This document shows positions 43,105-54,836 of a stretch of 64,000 bases of DNA, piece by piece (position 1 is the first letter of the stretch; every line of letters starts with the position of its first letter). The notes beneath the pieces are model-generated. The model saw only the letters and a list, made by a program, of their open reading frames with translations. It did no database searches and had not been told where the DNA came from. The stretch covers positions 75-64,074 of the forward strand of contig JAJXVH010000010.1 in NCBI GenBank assembly GCA_021782205.1. The letters are read 5' to 3'. A program made the position numbers and the translations under genes. The DNA comes from a bacterium. Its GTDB lineage: Bacteria; Elusimicrobiota; Elusimicrobia; UBA1565; UBA9628.

Positions 43105-43529
43105 TGAACAAGCGCGGCAGCATCCTTCTTCAGGTGCTTGTGACCGGGGTCATCCTGGCGATGATCTCCGCTGCCATTCTGCGCCTCACCCTGGGATCTT
43201 CTTTCCTGACGGCTCGAGTCAACGGCGAGATGGTCCAAAAGCGCGCCGATGAGGGTGGTCTGGCGCGGCTGTCCGCGTATTGGAATGCGAACGGCTTGTG
43301 CACGAGCAACGTGACCATCGGTTATTCGTGTTCCGGAACATCCGGCTCTTGCAACTGTGTCTGCACCCCGACCAACATGTCCGATCCGTCCGTGAATGTG
43401 ACTTGGCTCGGGCCACCGGCGGCGCCGGTGGGTCCGCCGTTCACCGCTCCGGGCCAATGCCAAGTGACCGTGACTGCGGTCGACACGGTCGGCCTGGCTG
43501 CGTCGGACCAGGCTGCCTCCACTTATTGA
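43104..43529 (+). CDS. PilX/GspK-like pseudopilin lacking Glu+5, Cys-rich
   Basis: Start moved to MNKRG | SILLQVLVTGVILAMISAAIL (ATG 43104). 6 Cys, including SCSGTSGSCNCVC. Confidence 0.5.
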   Translation: MNKRGSILLQVLVTGVILAMISAAILRLTLGSSFLTARVNGEMVQKRADEGGLARLSAYWNANGLCTSNVTIGYSCSGTSGSCNCVCTPTNMSDPSVNVTWLGPPAAPVGPPFTAPGQCQVTVTAVDTVGLAASDQAASTY

Positions 43530-43531
43530 CC

Positions 43532-44329
43532 GTGCGCCGACTCTACGTCACCGCCGACGATTTCGGCGATTCTGCGGAGGTCAATGAGGCGGTGGTGCGC
43601 GCCTACCGCGAGGGCGTGCTGCGCTTTGCGAGCCTCATGGTTCTACGCCCCGCCGCTCGCGCCGCGGCCGCGCTCGCCCGAGAGAACCCGGGATTAGGCG
43701 TAGGCCTGCATTTGGAGTTGTGCGCCGACGCGCCCGAAAAGGCGGGCCTTCGTTATTTTTTCGACGCGCGCGCACGCGCCGGGGTGGAGGCTGAGATCCG
43801 TGCGCAGATCGAGGCCCTGCGCGCGCTGGGTGTCACGCCCACTCATATCGACGGCCACATCAACGTCCACGTCCATCCGGTCATTTTCCCGGCGGTGTGC
43901 CGCGTGGCGCGCGAGTACGGCATACCGCGCGTGCGACTGCCGTCCGGAGAATTTGCGGCAAGCCTGTCCGCTGCGCCCGATGATCCGGTCATCCCGCGCC
44001 TGGCGCTGGCGGGCACGTTCGCGGCGATGGGCGTTTGGGTGCGTGGGGCGGCGCGCGGCCTGGAGGTTCCGACCACGTGGGGGCTTCTGCGTTCGGGACG
44101 CATGAGCGAGGACTACGTGGTCGGTCTGCTCTCGCGCCTGCCGCAGGGTCCGACGGAAATCTACTTCCATCCGCACCAAGATCCCGCCACGGCCGCCCAC
44201 GGCACGCCGACGGCCACGCACCAGTCCTACAGCGAGCTTCAGACCTTGCTCAGCCCGCGAGTGCGCCGTGCGCTGGAGGAGTCCGGCGCTGAGCTGGCGA
44301 GCGTGGGCGACGCGTCAGACGCGCGCTGA
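43532..44329 (+). CDS. hpnK: hopanoid biosynthesis-associated YdjC-like deacetylase
   Basis: GTG 43532 gives (M)RRLYVTADDFGDSAEVNEAVVRAYREGVL...THIDGHINVHVHP, the YdjC fold signature. Sits next to hpnL-I-J. Confidence 0.8.
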   Translation: MRRLYVTADDFGDSAEVNEAVVRAYREGVLRFASLMVLRPAARAAAALARENPGLGVGLHLELCADAPEKAGLRYFFDARARAGVEAEIRAQIEALRALGVTPTHIDGHINVHVHPVIFPAVCRVAREYGIPRVRLPSGEFAASLSAAPDDPVIPRLALAGTFAAMGVWVRGAARGLEVPTTWGLLRSGRMSEDYVVGLLSRLPQGPTEIYFHPHQDPATAAHGTPTATHQSYSELQTLLSPRVRRALEESGAELASVGDASDAR

Positions 44330-45292
44330 GGCGCGCGCGCGGCGCTGATGCGCCGCATAAAAGCCCAGGCCCAGACCGGCCCAACAGACCTCGCGCACGT
44401 GCCGGATGATGCCCACGGTAAAGCCCGTCGCCACAGGCAGGCCCAGCCCCGCGAAGATGGCCACCTTACCGCCTTCCTGCGTACCCAGCTTGGCCGGGAC
44501 CCAGAACGCCAGCGCGTCGACCAGATTCGAGAGGAACTCGATGGAGAACGCGGTCTCCACTCCGATGGGCAGGCCCAGAAAGCGGCAGATCAGCCAGACC
44601 TCGGCCGCGCCCCAGGCGTAGCCCAACATGAAGAGGCCGATGGAGCCTAGCAGCCGCACGGGATGGCGGCGCAGATAGGATTTGAGCAGGGCGCGCACGG
44701 GAGCGCTGCGCTCCACGGCGTCTGGGAAGCGGCGCGAAAACCACAGCGGCGGCTCGATGAGCAGGAGGCAGACTCCCAGCACCAGTCCGAAGAGGATCGA
44801 GCCCACGCCGAATGCGCCGAACGTCGCCTCGCGGCCGGGGAAATCGAACAGGTGGGCGTGCAGAAGATAGCCCAGGCCGCTGAGAATGAAGAACGCCTGG
44901 CCGACGGTCTGCGTGACCTTGGCGACCAGCACGCTGGTCGTCTTGACCTCCGCGGGCAACGGCCCGGGCAGCATGCCTGGGCGGATGAATTCTCCGGCCA
45001 CGTTGGCGCTCGGAGTTAGATAGTTGACCCCGTCTCCCGCGATGCGCACTCGCACCAGATCTCGGAAGCGGACGCCGCCGGCGCTTTCCGGCGGAAACGC
45101 CAGCTTCCAGCCCATCGCGTTGAGCATGTGATCGAAAATCTGGAAAGGCAGGATCACGGCAAAGCCCCAGCCGAAGCCGGCGACCTGGCTCCAGACCCGC
45201 CGCGGATCGAAGGACCAGAGCAGGTAGAGAAAAGTGGCGCCGCCCAGTAAGAGAACGACGGGCGTGAAATAATCGCGCAGCTTGCGAAGCAC
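44315..45292 (-). CDS. hpnL: hopanoid-associated membrane protein (UPF0104 / lysyl-PG-synthase-TM-like flippase domain)
   Basis: 325 aa polytopic protein. Position directly downstream of hpnI. Its 3' end overlaps hpnK convergently by 15 bp. Confidence 0.7.
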   Translation of the reverse strand: MLRKLRDYFTPVVLLLGGATFLYLLWSFDPRRVWSQVAGFGWGFAVILPFQIFDHMLNAMGWKLAFPPESAGGVRFRDLVRVRIAGDGVNYLTPSANVAGEFIRPGMLPGPLPAEVKTTSVLVAKVTQTVGQAFFILSGLGYLLHAHLFDFPGREATFGAFGVGSILFGLVLGVCLLLIEPPLWFSRRFPDAVERSAPVRALLKSYLRRHPVRLLGSIGLFMLGYAWGAAEVWLICRFLGLPIGVETAFSIEFLSNLVDALAFWVPAKLGTQEGGKVAIFAGLGLPVATGFTVGIIRHVREVCWAGLGLGFYAAHQRRARASARV

Positions 45293-45295
45293 GAT

Positions 45296-46507
45296 CTAGG
45301 GCTCGAAGGCCAGCGCGCGGCGCGGGGCGGCCGAGGCCACGGGAGTAAGCTGGCCGCGGTGGCCCACGTCATAGAGCTGCCCGCGCCAGAGCACGCGCGA
45401 AGAGCTCCACGCGGCGAGCCAAGCCACGAACGCCGACCATTCACCCAGCGGGATCAGCAGAAGCGCGGCCGCGTCCCGGCGCGAGCCAGCCGCCCGCGTC
45501 AGCGCGTCCGCCGCGAATGCCTTGGCCGCCCAGACGGCGGCCATCAGGCACAGCACGGAAGGGGCGGGCCCGACCAGCAGGGCGGCAAGCGTCAGCAGGG
45601 AGAAACCATGCAGGACCACGCTTCCGGCGTGGCCGGCGGGCTGGCAGAGGCGGATCGTGCGCGCCCAACGCGTCATGTGCCGGAAGTGCTCGGCGCCGTC
45701 GTCGATGTCAGGGAGGACGGAGGCCAGCGCGTCGGCGATTTCCAGTCGCCAGCCGGCGGCGCGGATGGATTCGCCCAACCAGTAGTCATCGGCCAAATGG
45801 TCGGCTAAGTTCTCGAAACCGCCCGAAGCGTCGAAGGCCGCGCGGCGCACCATCATCGCCGCGCCCATCGCAAAGCGCATCCCAAACGAGGCCGCCGTCA
45901 GCGCCTGGGGCAGGAAGCCCGCGTTGACCGCGAGGGCTTCCAGTCGTCCCCACAGACCACGTGCGTCGGCGGCCTCGTAGAAGGCGGTGGTCAGGCCCGT
46001 GGCCGGTTCGGCGAAAGGCGCGGCCATGCGGCGCAGAAAATCCGGCGCCACGCGCACGTCGGCGTCGGACAGCAGGAGTAGGTCGTATTTAGCGAACGCG
46101 TAGGCGTTCGCCATGTTGTTGACCTTCGGGTTGAAGCCCAGGCGGTTCTTGGAAACCACCACCTCGATGTCGACCTGAGGAAACTTCTTGCGCATGCGCG
46201 TTGCGACGGCCAGCGCGGGATCGTCGGGGTTCTGGAGGCAGAGGATCATCTGAAAACACGGATAATCCAGGCGGCAGAACGAAGCCAGATTTTCCTCGAG
46301 CGCGCCCTCGGCACCCTTTAGGGGTTTGATGATCGTGACCGGCGGCATTGGGGCGGCCGTCGGCGAGTGCCGCGCCGCGCGCAGACGCCGTGCGCCGACC
46401 ACTCCAGCGAAGACGAAGAACGCGACGGTGAACGCGCCGCAGGCCAGCGCCACCCAGCGCAATCCTAAGGCGAACCCGGAGAGTACGACGACGGCCGAAG
46501 GCGCCAT
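45296..46507 (-). CDS. hpnI: hopanoid-associated glycosyltransferase (GT21, ceramide-glucosyltransferase-like)
   Basis: 403 aa with VTIIKPLKG, LLLSDADVRVAPDFL and N- and C-terminal TM helices. Confidence 0.8.
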   Translation of the reverse strand: MAPSAVVVLSGFALGLRWVALACGAFTVAFFVFAGVVGARRLRAARHSPTAAPMPPVTIIKPLKGAEGALEENLASFCRLDYPCFQMILCLQNPDDPALAVATRMRKKFPQVDIEVVVSKNRLGFNPKVNNMANAYAFAKYDLLLLSDADVRVAPDFLRRMAAPFAEPATGLTTAFYEAADARGLWGRLEALAVNAGFLPQALTAASFGMRFAMGAAMMVRRAAFDASGGFENLADHLADDYWLGESIRAAGWRLEIADALASVLPDIDDGAEHFRHMTRWARTIRLCQPAGHAGSVVLHGFSLLTLAALLVGPAPSVLCLMAAVWAAKAFAADALTRAAGSRRDAAALLLIPLGEWSAFVAWLAAWSSSRVLWRGQLYDVGHRGQLTPVASAAPRRALAFEP

Positions 46508-46515
46508 CGGCGCGG

Positions 46516-47997
46516 CTAGACGGCGGCCGTCGGCCGGACGTCCTTCTCGGCCGCCGGGGCGGCCGTGCGCGACGCGGCGGGCTCCTGGCGTCCGCGCAGG
46601 TATTTCAGGAACTCCTGTCCCTCGCGCAGGCGGCGGCGGCGTTCGATGGGATCCTTGGCCATGTTCACGAGCATGCGCAGGATCGGCGTGGGGCGCGCGT
46701 AGAACTTCGAGTAGAAGCGCTTGACGCCCGCCTCGATCGCGGCGGCCTTCAGGTGCGGGTATTGGATGGCCGCGCTCTGCGTGCCGTCGTTGCGCACCAG
46801 GATGCTGTCGTCATACCACTTGTTGGTCATCGCCTGGCGGTAGAGCTCGGTGCCGGGATAGGCGGCGGCGAGCGAAACCTGGATGGTGTCGACGTTGAGG
46901 GCGCAGGCGAACTTGATCGATTCCTCGATGGTTTCCTTCGTCTCGCCGGGCAGGCCCAGGATGAAGGTTCCGTGGATGATGATGCCGAGTTTGCGGCAGT
47001 TCCTGGTGAACTCACGCGCGATGTCCACGCGCACGCCCTTCTTGATGTTGTTGAGGATCTGCTGGTTGCCGGACTCGTAGCCGACCAGCAGGAGCCGCAG
47101 GCCGTTGTCCTTGAAGATCTTGAGGTATTCGTAGGGGACGTTCGCGCGGGAGTTGCACGACCACGTGATGCCGAGCTTGCCCAGGCCCTTGGCGATCTCG
47201 GCGGCGCGCGTGAGGTCGGCGGTGAACGTGTCGTCGTCGAAGAAGAACTCCTTGACCTCCGGGAACATCTTCTGCGCCTTGGCCATCTCGGCGATGACGG
47301 CCGAGGCACTCTTGGTGCGGTAGACGTGGCCGCCGACGGTCTGCGGCCACAGGCAGAACGAGCAGCGCGCGGGGCAGCCGCGGCCGGTGTAGAGCGACAG
47401 GTACGGGTGCTTGAGATAGCCGATGTAGTAATTCGGGATATGGAGGTCTCGCTTATAGACGTCCAGCACGGACGGCAACGCGTCCATGTCCGCGATCAGG
47501 GAGCGGTCGGGGTTGTGGATGACCTGGTCGTCTTTGCGGAAGGACAACCCGGCGATGCTTTCATAGGGGCGGCCTTCGGCGACTTCCTTGAGCGTGAAGT
47601 CGAACTCCTCGCGGCCGACGAAGTCCAGCACCGGCGCGGCCTTCAGCGACTCCTCGGGCAGGACCGCCACGTGCGCGCCGACGAAGCCGATGCGCATGTC
47701 CGGGTTCTGTTTTTTAAGCGCCTCGGCGACCTTGGCGTCGTTGTCGAAGGACGGAGTGGAGGTGTGAATCACGCAAAGCTCGAAGCCGCGTGCGCGGCGC
47801 AGCACTTCCTCCAAGTCGAGGTCGTCGGCCGGCGCGTCGATGATCTTGGAGTTGGCGATGAGCGCGGCCGGCTGGGCCAGCCAGGTGGGATACCAGAACG
47901 ACTTGATCTCGCGGCGGGCCTGATAGCGGGCGCCGGCGCCCCCGTCGAAGCCTTCATAAGAGGGGGGGTTGAGGAAAAGCGTGCGCATCGTGGCCAT
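46516..47997 (-). CDS. hpnJ: hopanoid-associated B12-binding radical SAM protein
   Basis: 493 aa with an N-terminal B12-binding-like domain and GRGCPARCSFC (CxxxCxxC). GGAG lies 5 nt upstream of the ATG. Confidence 0.85.
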   Translation of the reverse strand: MATMRTLFLNPPSYEGFDGGAGARYQARREIKSFWYPTWLAQPAALIANSKIIDAPADDLDLEEVLRRARGFELCVIHTSTPSFDNDAKVAEALKKQNPDMRIGFVGAHVAVLPEESLKAAPVLDFVGREEFDFTLKEVAEGRPYESIAGLSFRKDDQVIHNPDRSLIADMDALPSVLDVYKRDLHIPNYYIGYLKHPYLSLYTGRGCPARCSFCLWPQTVGGHVYRTKSASAVIAEMAKAQKMFPEVKEFFFDDDTFTADLTRAAEIAKGLGKLGITWSCNSRANVPYEYLKIFKDNGLRLLLVGYESGNQQILNNIKKGVRVDIAREFTRNCRKLGIIIHGTFILGLPGETKETIEESIKFACALNVDTIQVSLAAAYPGTELYRQAMTNKWYDDSILVRNDGTQSAAIQYPHLKAAAIEAGVKRFYSKFYARPTPILRMLVNMAKDPIERRRRLREGQEFLKYLRGRQEPAASRTAAPAAEKDVRPTAAV

Positions 47998-48117
47998 AAT
48001 TTCTCCGTGATCGTCGTATGAAGGATTTATTTTACCAAATTCGACCCGCGAATGGACGAGCCGTCGTCGGGGCGCCGACTCCTGGCGGACGGGTCACTCA
48101 TCTGTTAGACTGGTTCC

Positions 48118-49134
48118 ATGCGAATGTGCGCGTGGCTTTTGATCGCGGCTCTTTCAGGGAGTTCGGCGCGCGCGCAGGGCGGCTGGCAGTGGCATGAGAC
48201 CACCACGCCGCACTTTTCCGTGCACCACCAGTCGGTGTGGCTGCCGGAGGGGTTGACGATGGGCCTGGAGAAGATCAACTTCCGCCTGCACATGGACCTG
48301 GGCATCTTCTCCAACTGGTCGTCGTCGGGGCGCGTGGCGGTCTACATTTACAAGAACCAGCAGGCCTACGCCGGCGGCCGGTTTCATCCGCCGTCTTGGT
48401 CCAACGGCGTGGCGATCTACGACAAGAAGGCCGTGGCCATCCCCGCCATGCACTCGCGCGCGCAGATGCTGCGCGTGCTGGCCCACGAGAACACCCACCT
48501 CATCTTCGTCAACTACTTCCGGGAGTCCCACCGCGACCCGCCGGCCTGGGTCAACGAGGGCCTGGCCATGTTGGAGGAGGCGGACTCGCCCGAGAGGCCT
48601 CAGACCTCGGTCTGGTATCAGAACATGGTGGAGATGAACCCCCAGCGCTGGTTTCCGCTGGAGAAATTCTTCGCGATCTCGCCCACCACGGACCTGGTCA
48701 ATGATCCCAACCTGGTCACTATTTTTTACGTGCAGGCCTACTCGCTGACGCATTTCCTGATGCGCAAGCACACGAAGATGCAGTTCAAGTCCTTCTGCGA
48801 CCACCTGCGCGCCGGGGATTCCGTCGCCGATTCCCTGCGCCTGGCTTATCAATACGAGACGGTGGGCGACTTCGAGCGCGCCTGGCGGCGCTGGCTGGCC
48901 CTGCCCGAGCACCTGCGCCGCGTGCAGGAACTGCCGTTGGCCGACCGCGACCAGGACACCGCCGTGGACCAGGCCGGCGTGGCCAACGACGGCAGCGGCG
49001 GCTTCAGCGAGCACTCCGCAGGCTTCGGCTCCGGCTTCTCGGTCTGGAAGGTGCGCGAGCCCAACGCCTTCGGCCGGCCCCTGCCCATGCCGACCTTCGC
49101 CCCGCAGGCGCCGTCGACGCAGTCCAACCCCTGA
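48118..49134 (+). CDS. secreted peptidase MA-family (HExxH...E) protein
   Basis: 338 aa with signal peptide, LAHENTHLIF (HExxH) and WVNEGLAMLEE downstream. TGtTAGACT sits 6 nt upstream of the ATG. Confidence 0.65.
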   Translation: MRMCAWLLIAALSGSSARAQGGWQWHETTTPHFSVHHQSVWLPEGLTMGLEKINFRLHMDLGIFSNWSSSGRVAVYIYKNQQAYAGGRFHPPSWSNGVAIYDKKAVAIPAMHSRAQMLRVLAHENTHLIFVNYFRESHRDPPAWVNEGLAMLEEADSPERPQTSVWYQNMVEMNPQRWFPLEKFFAISPTTDLVNDPNLVTIFYVQAYSLTHFLMRKHTKMQFKSFCDHLRAGDSVADSLRLAYQYETVGDFERAWRRWLALPEHLRRVQELPLADRDQDTAVDQAGVANDGSGGFSEHSAGFGSGFSVWKVREPNAFGRPLPMPTFAPQAPSTQSNP

Positions 49135-49141
49135 GGCGGTC

Positions 49142-51973
<2,832 letters not shown>

Positions 51974-52110
51974 GAACGTCCATTTTATCATTTCCGGCCG
52001 TGGAGCTTCATTGGAATGGAACAAAAGAGGGGGTCGCCGCGTATGTTTGGTGAGCTGGGCCCTAAATTCAATCCCGACTAAAACAGTCAACTGACGCTGG
52101 AGTCACCAAA

Positions 52111-53241
52111 ATGAGCATCCTCGACGATTGCCGTGCGCTGAGCGACTCGGACCTGGAGCAGGCTTTGGCGTTTCTCGCGGAGCGGGAAAAGCACGGTCTG
52201 ACGAAACTTCTCGCGCATCTCGCGGAGTACGACCGCCGCCAGTTGTGCGTCAAGCTCGGCCATTCCAGCCTCTACCAATATTGCCTCCAGGTCCTACATT
52301 ACGACGAAGGAGGGGCTTTTCGCCGCATCCGCGCGGCGCGGGTGGCGCGTCGCTGGCCGGAGGTTCTCGGCCTTTTAGAGAGTGGCGCTCTCCATTTGAC
52401 GGCGCTTGTCGTGCTTCATCCCGTGCTCACGGACGCAAATAGAAAGGAGCTATTCACGCTCGCCGCTGGGAAAACGCGTCGCGAGCTCGACGCGCTGGTC
52501 GCGGCGCGCCTTCCGCGCCCGGCGCAGGCGGATTTCTCCCGACGCTTGCCGGTTCCCGGAGGCTGGAGCGTCGCCGTCGCGGCTCCCGTCGACGCCGTTG
52601 AAGCTGTTTCTTCCGCGTCGTCGCCGCTGGGACCGAACGTCCCATCCGGAGGCGTCCCGGCGCCCGGATCCGCGGTCCCCGTGTCACGGGATAATGCCCG
52701 TCCCTGGGAGTGGCAGGCGGTCGTTCATACGGCCTTGGATCGCGTGCGCATCGGCTTCGACGCCGGAATCGGGGTGCTGAATCTTATTGATCGTGCGCGT
52801 CAGGTCCTGCGTCATAAATATCCCGAAGGCCGTTTGGAGGACGTGGTCAAAGAGGCGTTGGAAGCTTTGCTGGATCGGCGCGATCCCCAGCGCCGCCTGA
52901 CGCTCAAGCCCTCGCTCGCGGGCAGCGGCACGGCACCCTCCGCCGCCGCCGGCCCGGCGTCGTCTTCCTCTTTCGTGCCGCGCGGCTGGCGGGCGGGACG
53001 CTACATCCCCGCGTGGGTCAAGCGCGCGGTCTGGGAGCGCGACGAAGGCCGCTGCGCATGGCGCTTTGCCGACGGCACGCCGTGCGGGTCCAAGGACTGG
53101 ATCGAATACGACCACGTGCGCCCGTTCGCCAAGGGCGGGCGTTCCGACACGCCGCGCAACATCCGTCTCTTGTGCCGCGTCCACAACCAATTGGCCGCGG
53201 CCGCGCAGGGGCTCAGCGCGAAAGCGCCCGGCGGAAAGTGA
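52111..53241 (+). CDS. HNH endonuclease domain protein (DUF222-like N-terminus)
   Basis: 376 aa. The C-terminus (RCAWRFADGTPCGSKDWIEYDHVRPFAKGGRSDTPRNIRLLCRVHN) is an HNH motif. GGAG lies 9 nt upstream. Confidence 0.75.
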   Translation: MSILDDCRALSDSDLEQALAFLAEREKHGLTKLLAHLAEYDRRQLCVKLGHSSLYQYCLQVLHYDEGGAFRRIRAARVARRWPEVLGLLESGALHLTALVVLHPVLTDANRKELFTLAAGKTRRELDALVAARLPRPAQADFSRRLPVPGGWSVAVAAPVDAVEAVSSASSPLGPNVPSGGVPAPGSAVPVSRDNARPWEWQAVVHTALDRVRIGFDAGIGVLNLIDRARQVLRHKYPEGRLEDVVKEALEALLDRRDPQRRLTLKPSLAGSGTAPSAAAGPASSSSFVPRGWRAGRYIPAWVKRAVWERDEGRCAWRFADGTPCGSKDWIEYDHVRPFAKGGRSDTPRNIRLLCRVHNQLAAAAQGLSAKAPGGK

Positions 53242-54799
53242 TGGGCCGGCGCAGGCGGTCGTTCTTTTTCGGGTAGTTCAAGGTATAGTGCAGGCCGCGC
53301 GACTCCTTGCGCGCCAGCGCGCCGCGGATCACCAAGGTCGCCACGTCGGCGATGTTGCGCAGTTCCACGATGTCCGGCGTGGGCACGGTGCTCCAGTAAT
53401 ATTCGGCGATCTCCCGGTTGAGCATCTCCATGCGCGAAAGCGCGCGCGCCAGGCGCTTGTCGGTGCGCACGATGCCCACGTAGTTCCACATCAGCCGGCG
53501 CACCTCGTCCCAATTCTGGGTGACGACGACGGCCTCGTCGGAGGTCGCGGCCTTGCCGTGACGCCAGGGCGCGGCGGTAAACGGCGCCGGGCGGGGCCGG
53601 GAGCGCGCGTCGGCCAGGTGCTCGGCCAGGCGGTGCGCGAACACGCAGCCTTCCAGAAGAGAGTTGGAGGCCAGGCGGTTGGCGCCGTGCAGGCCGGTGC
53701 GCGCGGTCTCGCCCACGGCGAACAGGCGCGGCACGGAAGTCCGGCCCCAGACGTCGGTGGCCACGCCGCCGCAGAAGAAATGCGCCGCCGGGACCACGGG
53801 GATGGGCGCGGCCGCCATGTCGATGCCGAAGCTTAGGACCTTCTCGTAGATGTTGGGAAAGCGCGCCTTCAGGAATTTGCGCGGGTGATGCGTCATGTCC
53901 AGGAACACGCACTCGTCGCCGGTGCGCTTCATCTCCGCGTCGATGGCGCGCGCGACCACGTCGCGCGGAGCCAACTCCGCGCGGCGGTCGTAGCGCGGCA
54001 TGAAGCGCGCCCCATTCTTGAGACAAAGCCTCCCGCCTTCGCCGCGCAGGGCCTCGGAGAGCAGGAAGCTCTTGGCCAGCGGGTGGAACAGGCAGGTGGG
54101 ATGGAACTGCACGAACTCCATGTCCGCCATGCGCGCACCCGCGCGCCACGCCATGGCCATTCCGTCGCCGGTCGCGATGTCGGGGTTCGAGGTGTAGAGA
54201 TAAACCTTTCCCGCTCCGCCGGTCGCCAGCACGGTGGCGTCGGCGACGAAGGGCGCGATGCGGCCGTCCGCGCGGTCCATCACGTAGGCGCCGCGGCAGG
54301 CGCCGGAGCGGTCTCGGAGCAGATCGACGGCCAGGTGATCCTCGACGATCGTCACCGCCTTGGCGCGGCGCACGGAGGCCACGAGCGCGCGCTCGATCTC
54401 GCGGCCGGTGATGTCGCCCGCGTGCAGGATGCGACGGTGGGAGTGTCCCGCCTCAAGCCCCAGGTCCACCGCGGCCTCGCGCTCGGAGAAGCGCACGCCC
54501 AGCTCCTGGAGCTCGCGAACGCGCGCGGGCGCCTCGGACACGGTCAGGCGCACCACCGCCTCGTCGCACAGTCCGGCCCCGGCGATCAAGGTGTCCTTGA
54601 CGTGGGACTCGAAGCTGTCCAGCGCGCTGATGACCGCGGCGATGCCGCCCTGGGCGTAGTTCGTGTTCGACTCGGCGGCTTCCTTCTTGGTGACCAAGGT
54701 CACCCGGCCCAGACGTGAGAGCTTCAGCGCGGAGAGTAGTCCGGCGATGCCCGAGCCGAGGACCAGGAATTCAGTGCGTCGCGCGCCGTGTGAAGTCAT
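53213..54799 (-). CDS. nadB: L-aspartate oxidase
   Basis: 528 aa with VLGSGIAGL, YAQGGIAA and RLFAVGETARTGLHGANRLASNSLLE. Confidence 0.9.
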   Translation of the reverse strand: MTSHGARRTEFLVLGSGIAGLLSALKLSRLGRVTLVTKKEAAESNTNYAQGGIAAVISALDSFESHVKDTLIAGAGLCDEAVVRLTVSEAPARVRELQELGVRFSEREAAVDLGLEAGHSHRRILHAGDITGREIERALVASVRRAKAVTIVEDHLAVDLLRDRSGACRGAYVMDRADGRIAPFVADATVLATGGAGKVYLYTSNPDIATGDGMAMAWRAGARMADMEFVQFHPTCLFHPLAKSFLLSEALRGEGGRLCLKNGARFMPRYDRRAELAPRDVVARAIDAEMKRTGDECVFLDMTHHPRKFLKARFPNIYEKVLSFGIDMAAAPIPVVPAAHFFCGGVATDVWGRTSVPRLFAVGETARTGLHGANRLASNSLLEGCVFAHRLAEHLADARSRPRPAPFTAAPWRHGKAATSDEAVVVTQNWDEVRRLMWNYVGIVRTDKRLARALSRMEMLNREIAEYYWSTVPTPDIVELRNIADVATLVIRGALARKESRGLHYTLNYPKKNDRLRRPITFRRALSR

Positions 54800-54836
54800 G
54801 TTGAAAGGGGAGGCCGGGAGTGCTAGATTCTAACAC

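Noticed and set aside
28281-43531. Whole Wzy_C + pilus block as a tRNA-Thr-integrated genomic island
   Set aside because: I found no direct repeat of the tRNA 3' end near 43.5 kb and no integrase. The Wzy_C-TPR and OmpA-like genes have host-like G/C-rich codon usage; only pilM onward looks A/T-richer. This is left as a hypothesis that is testable only with genome comparison.
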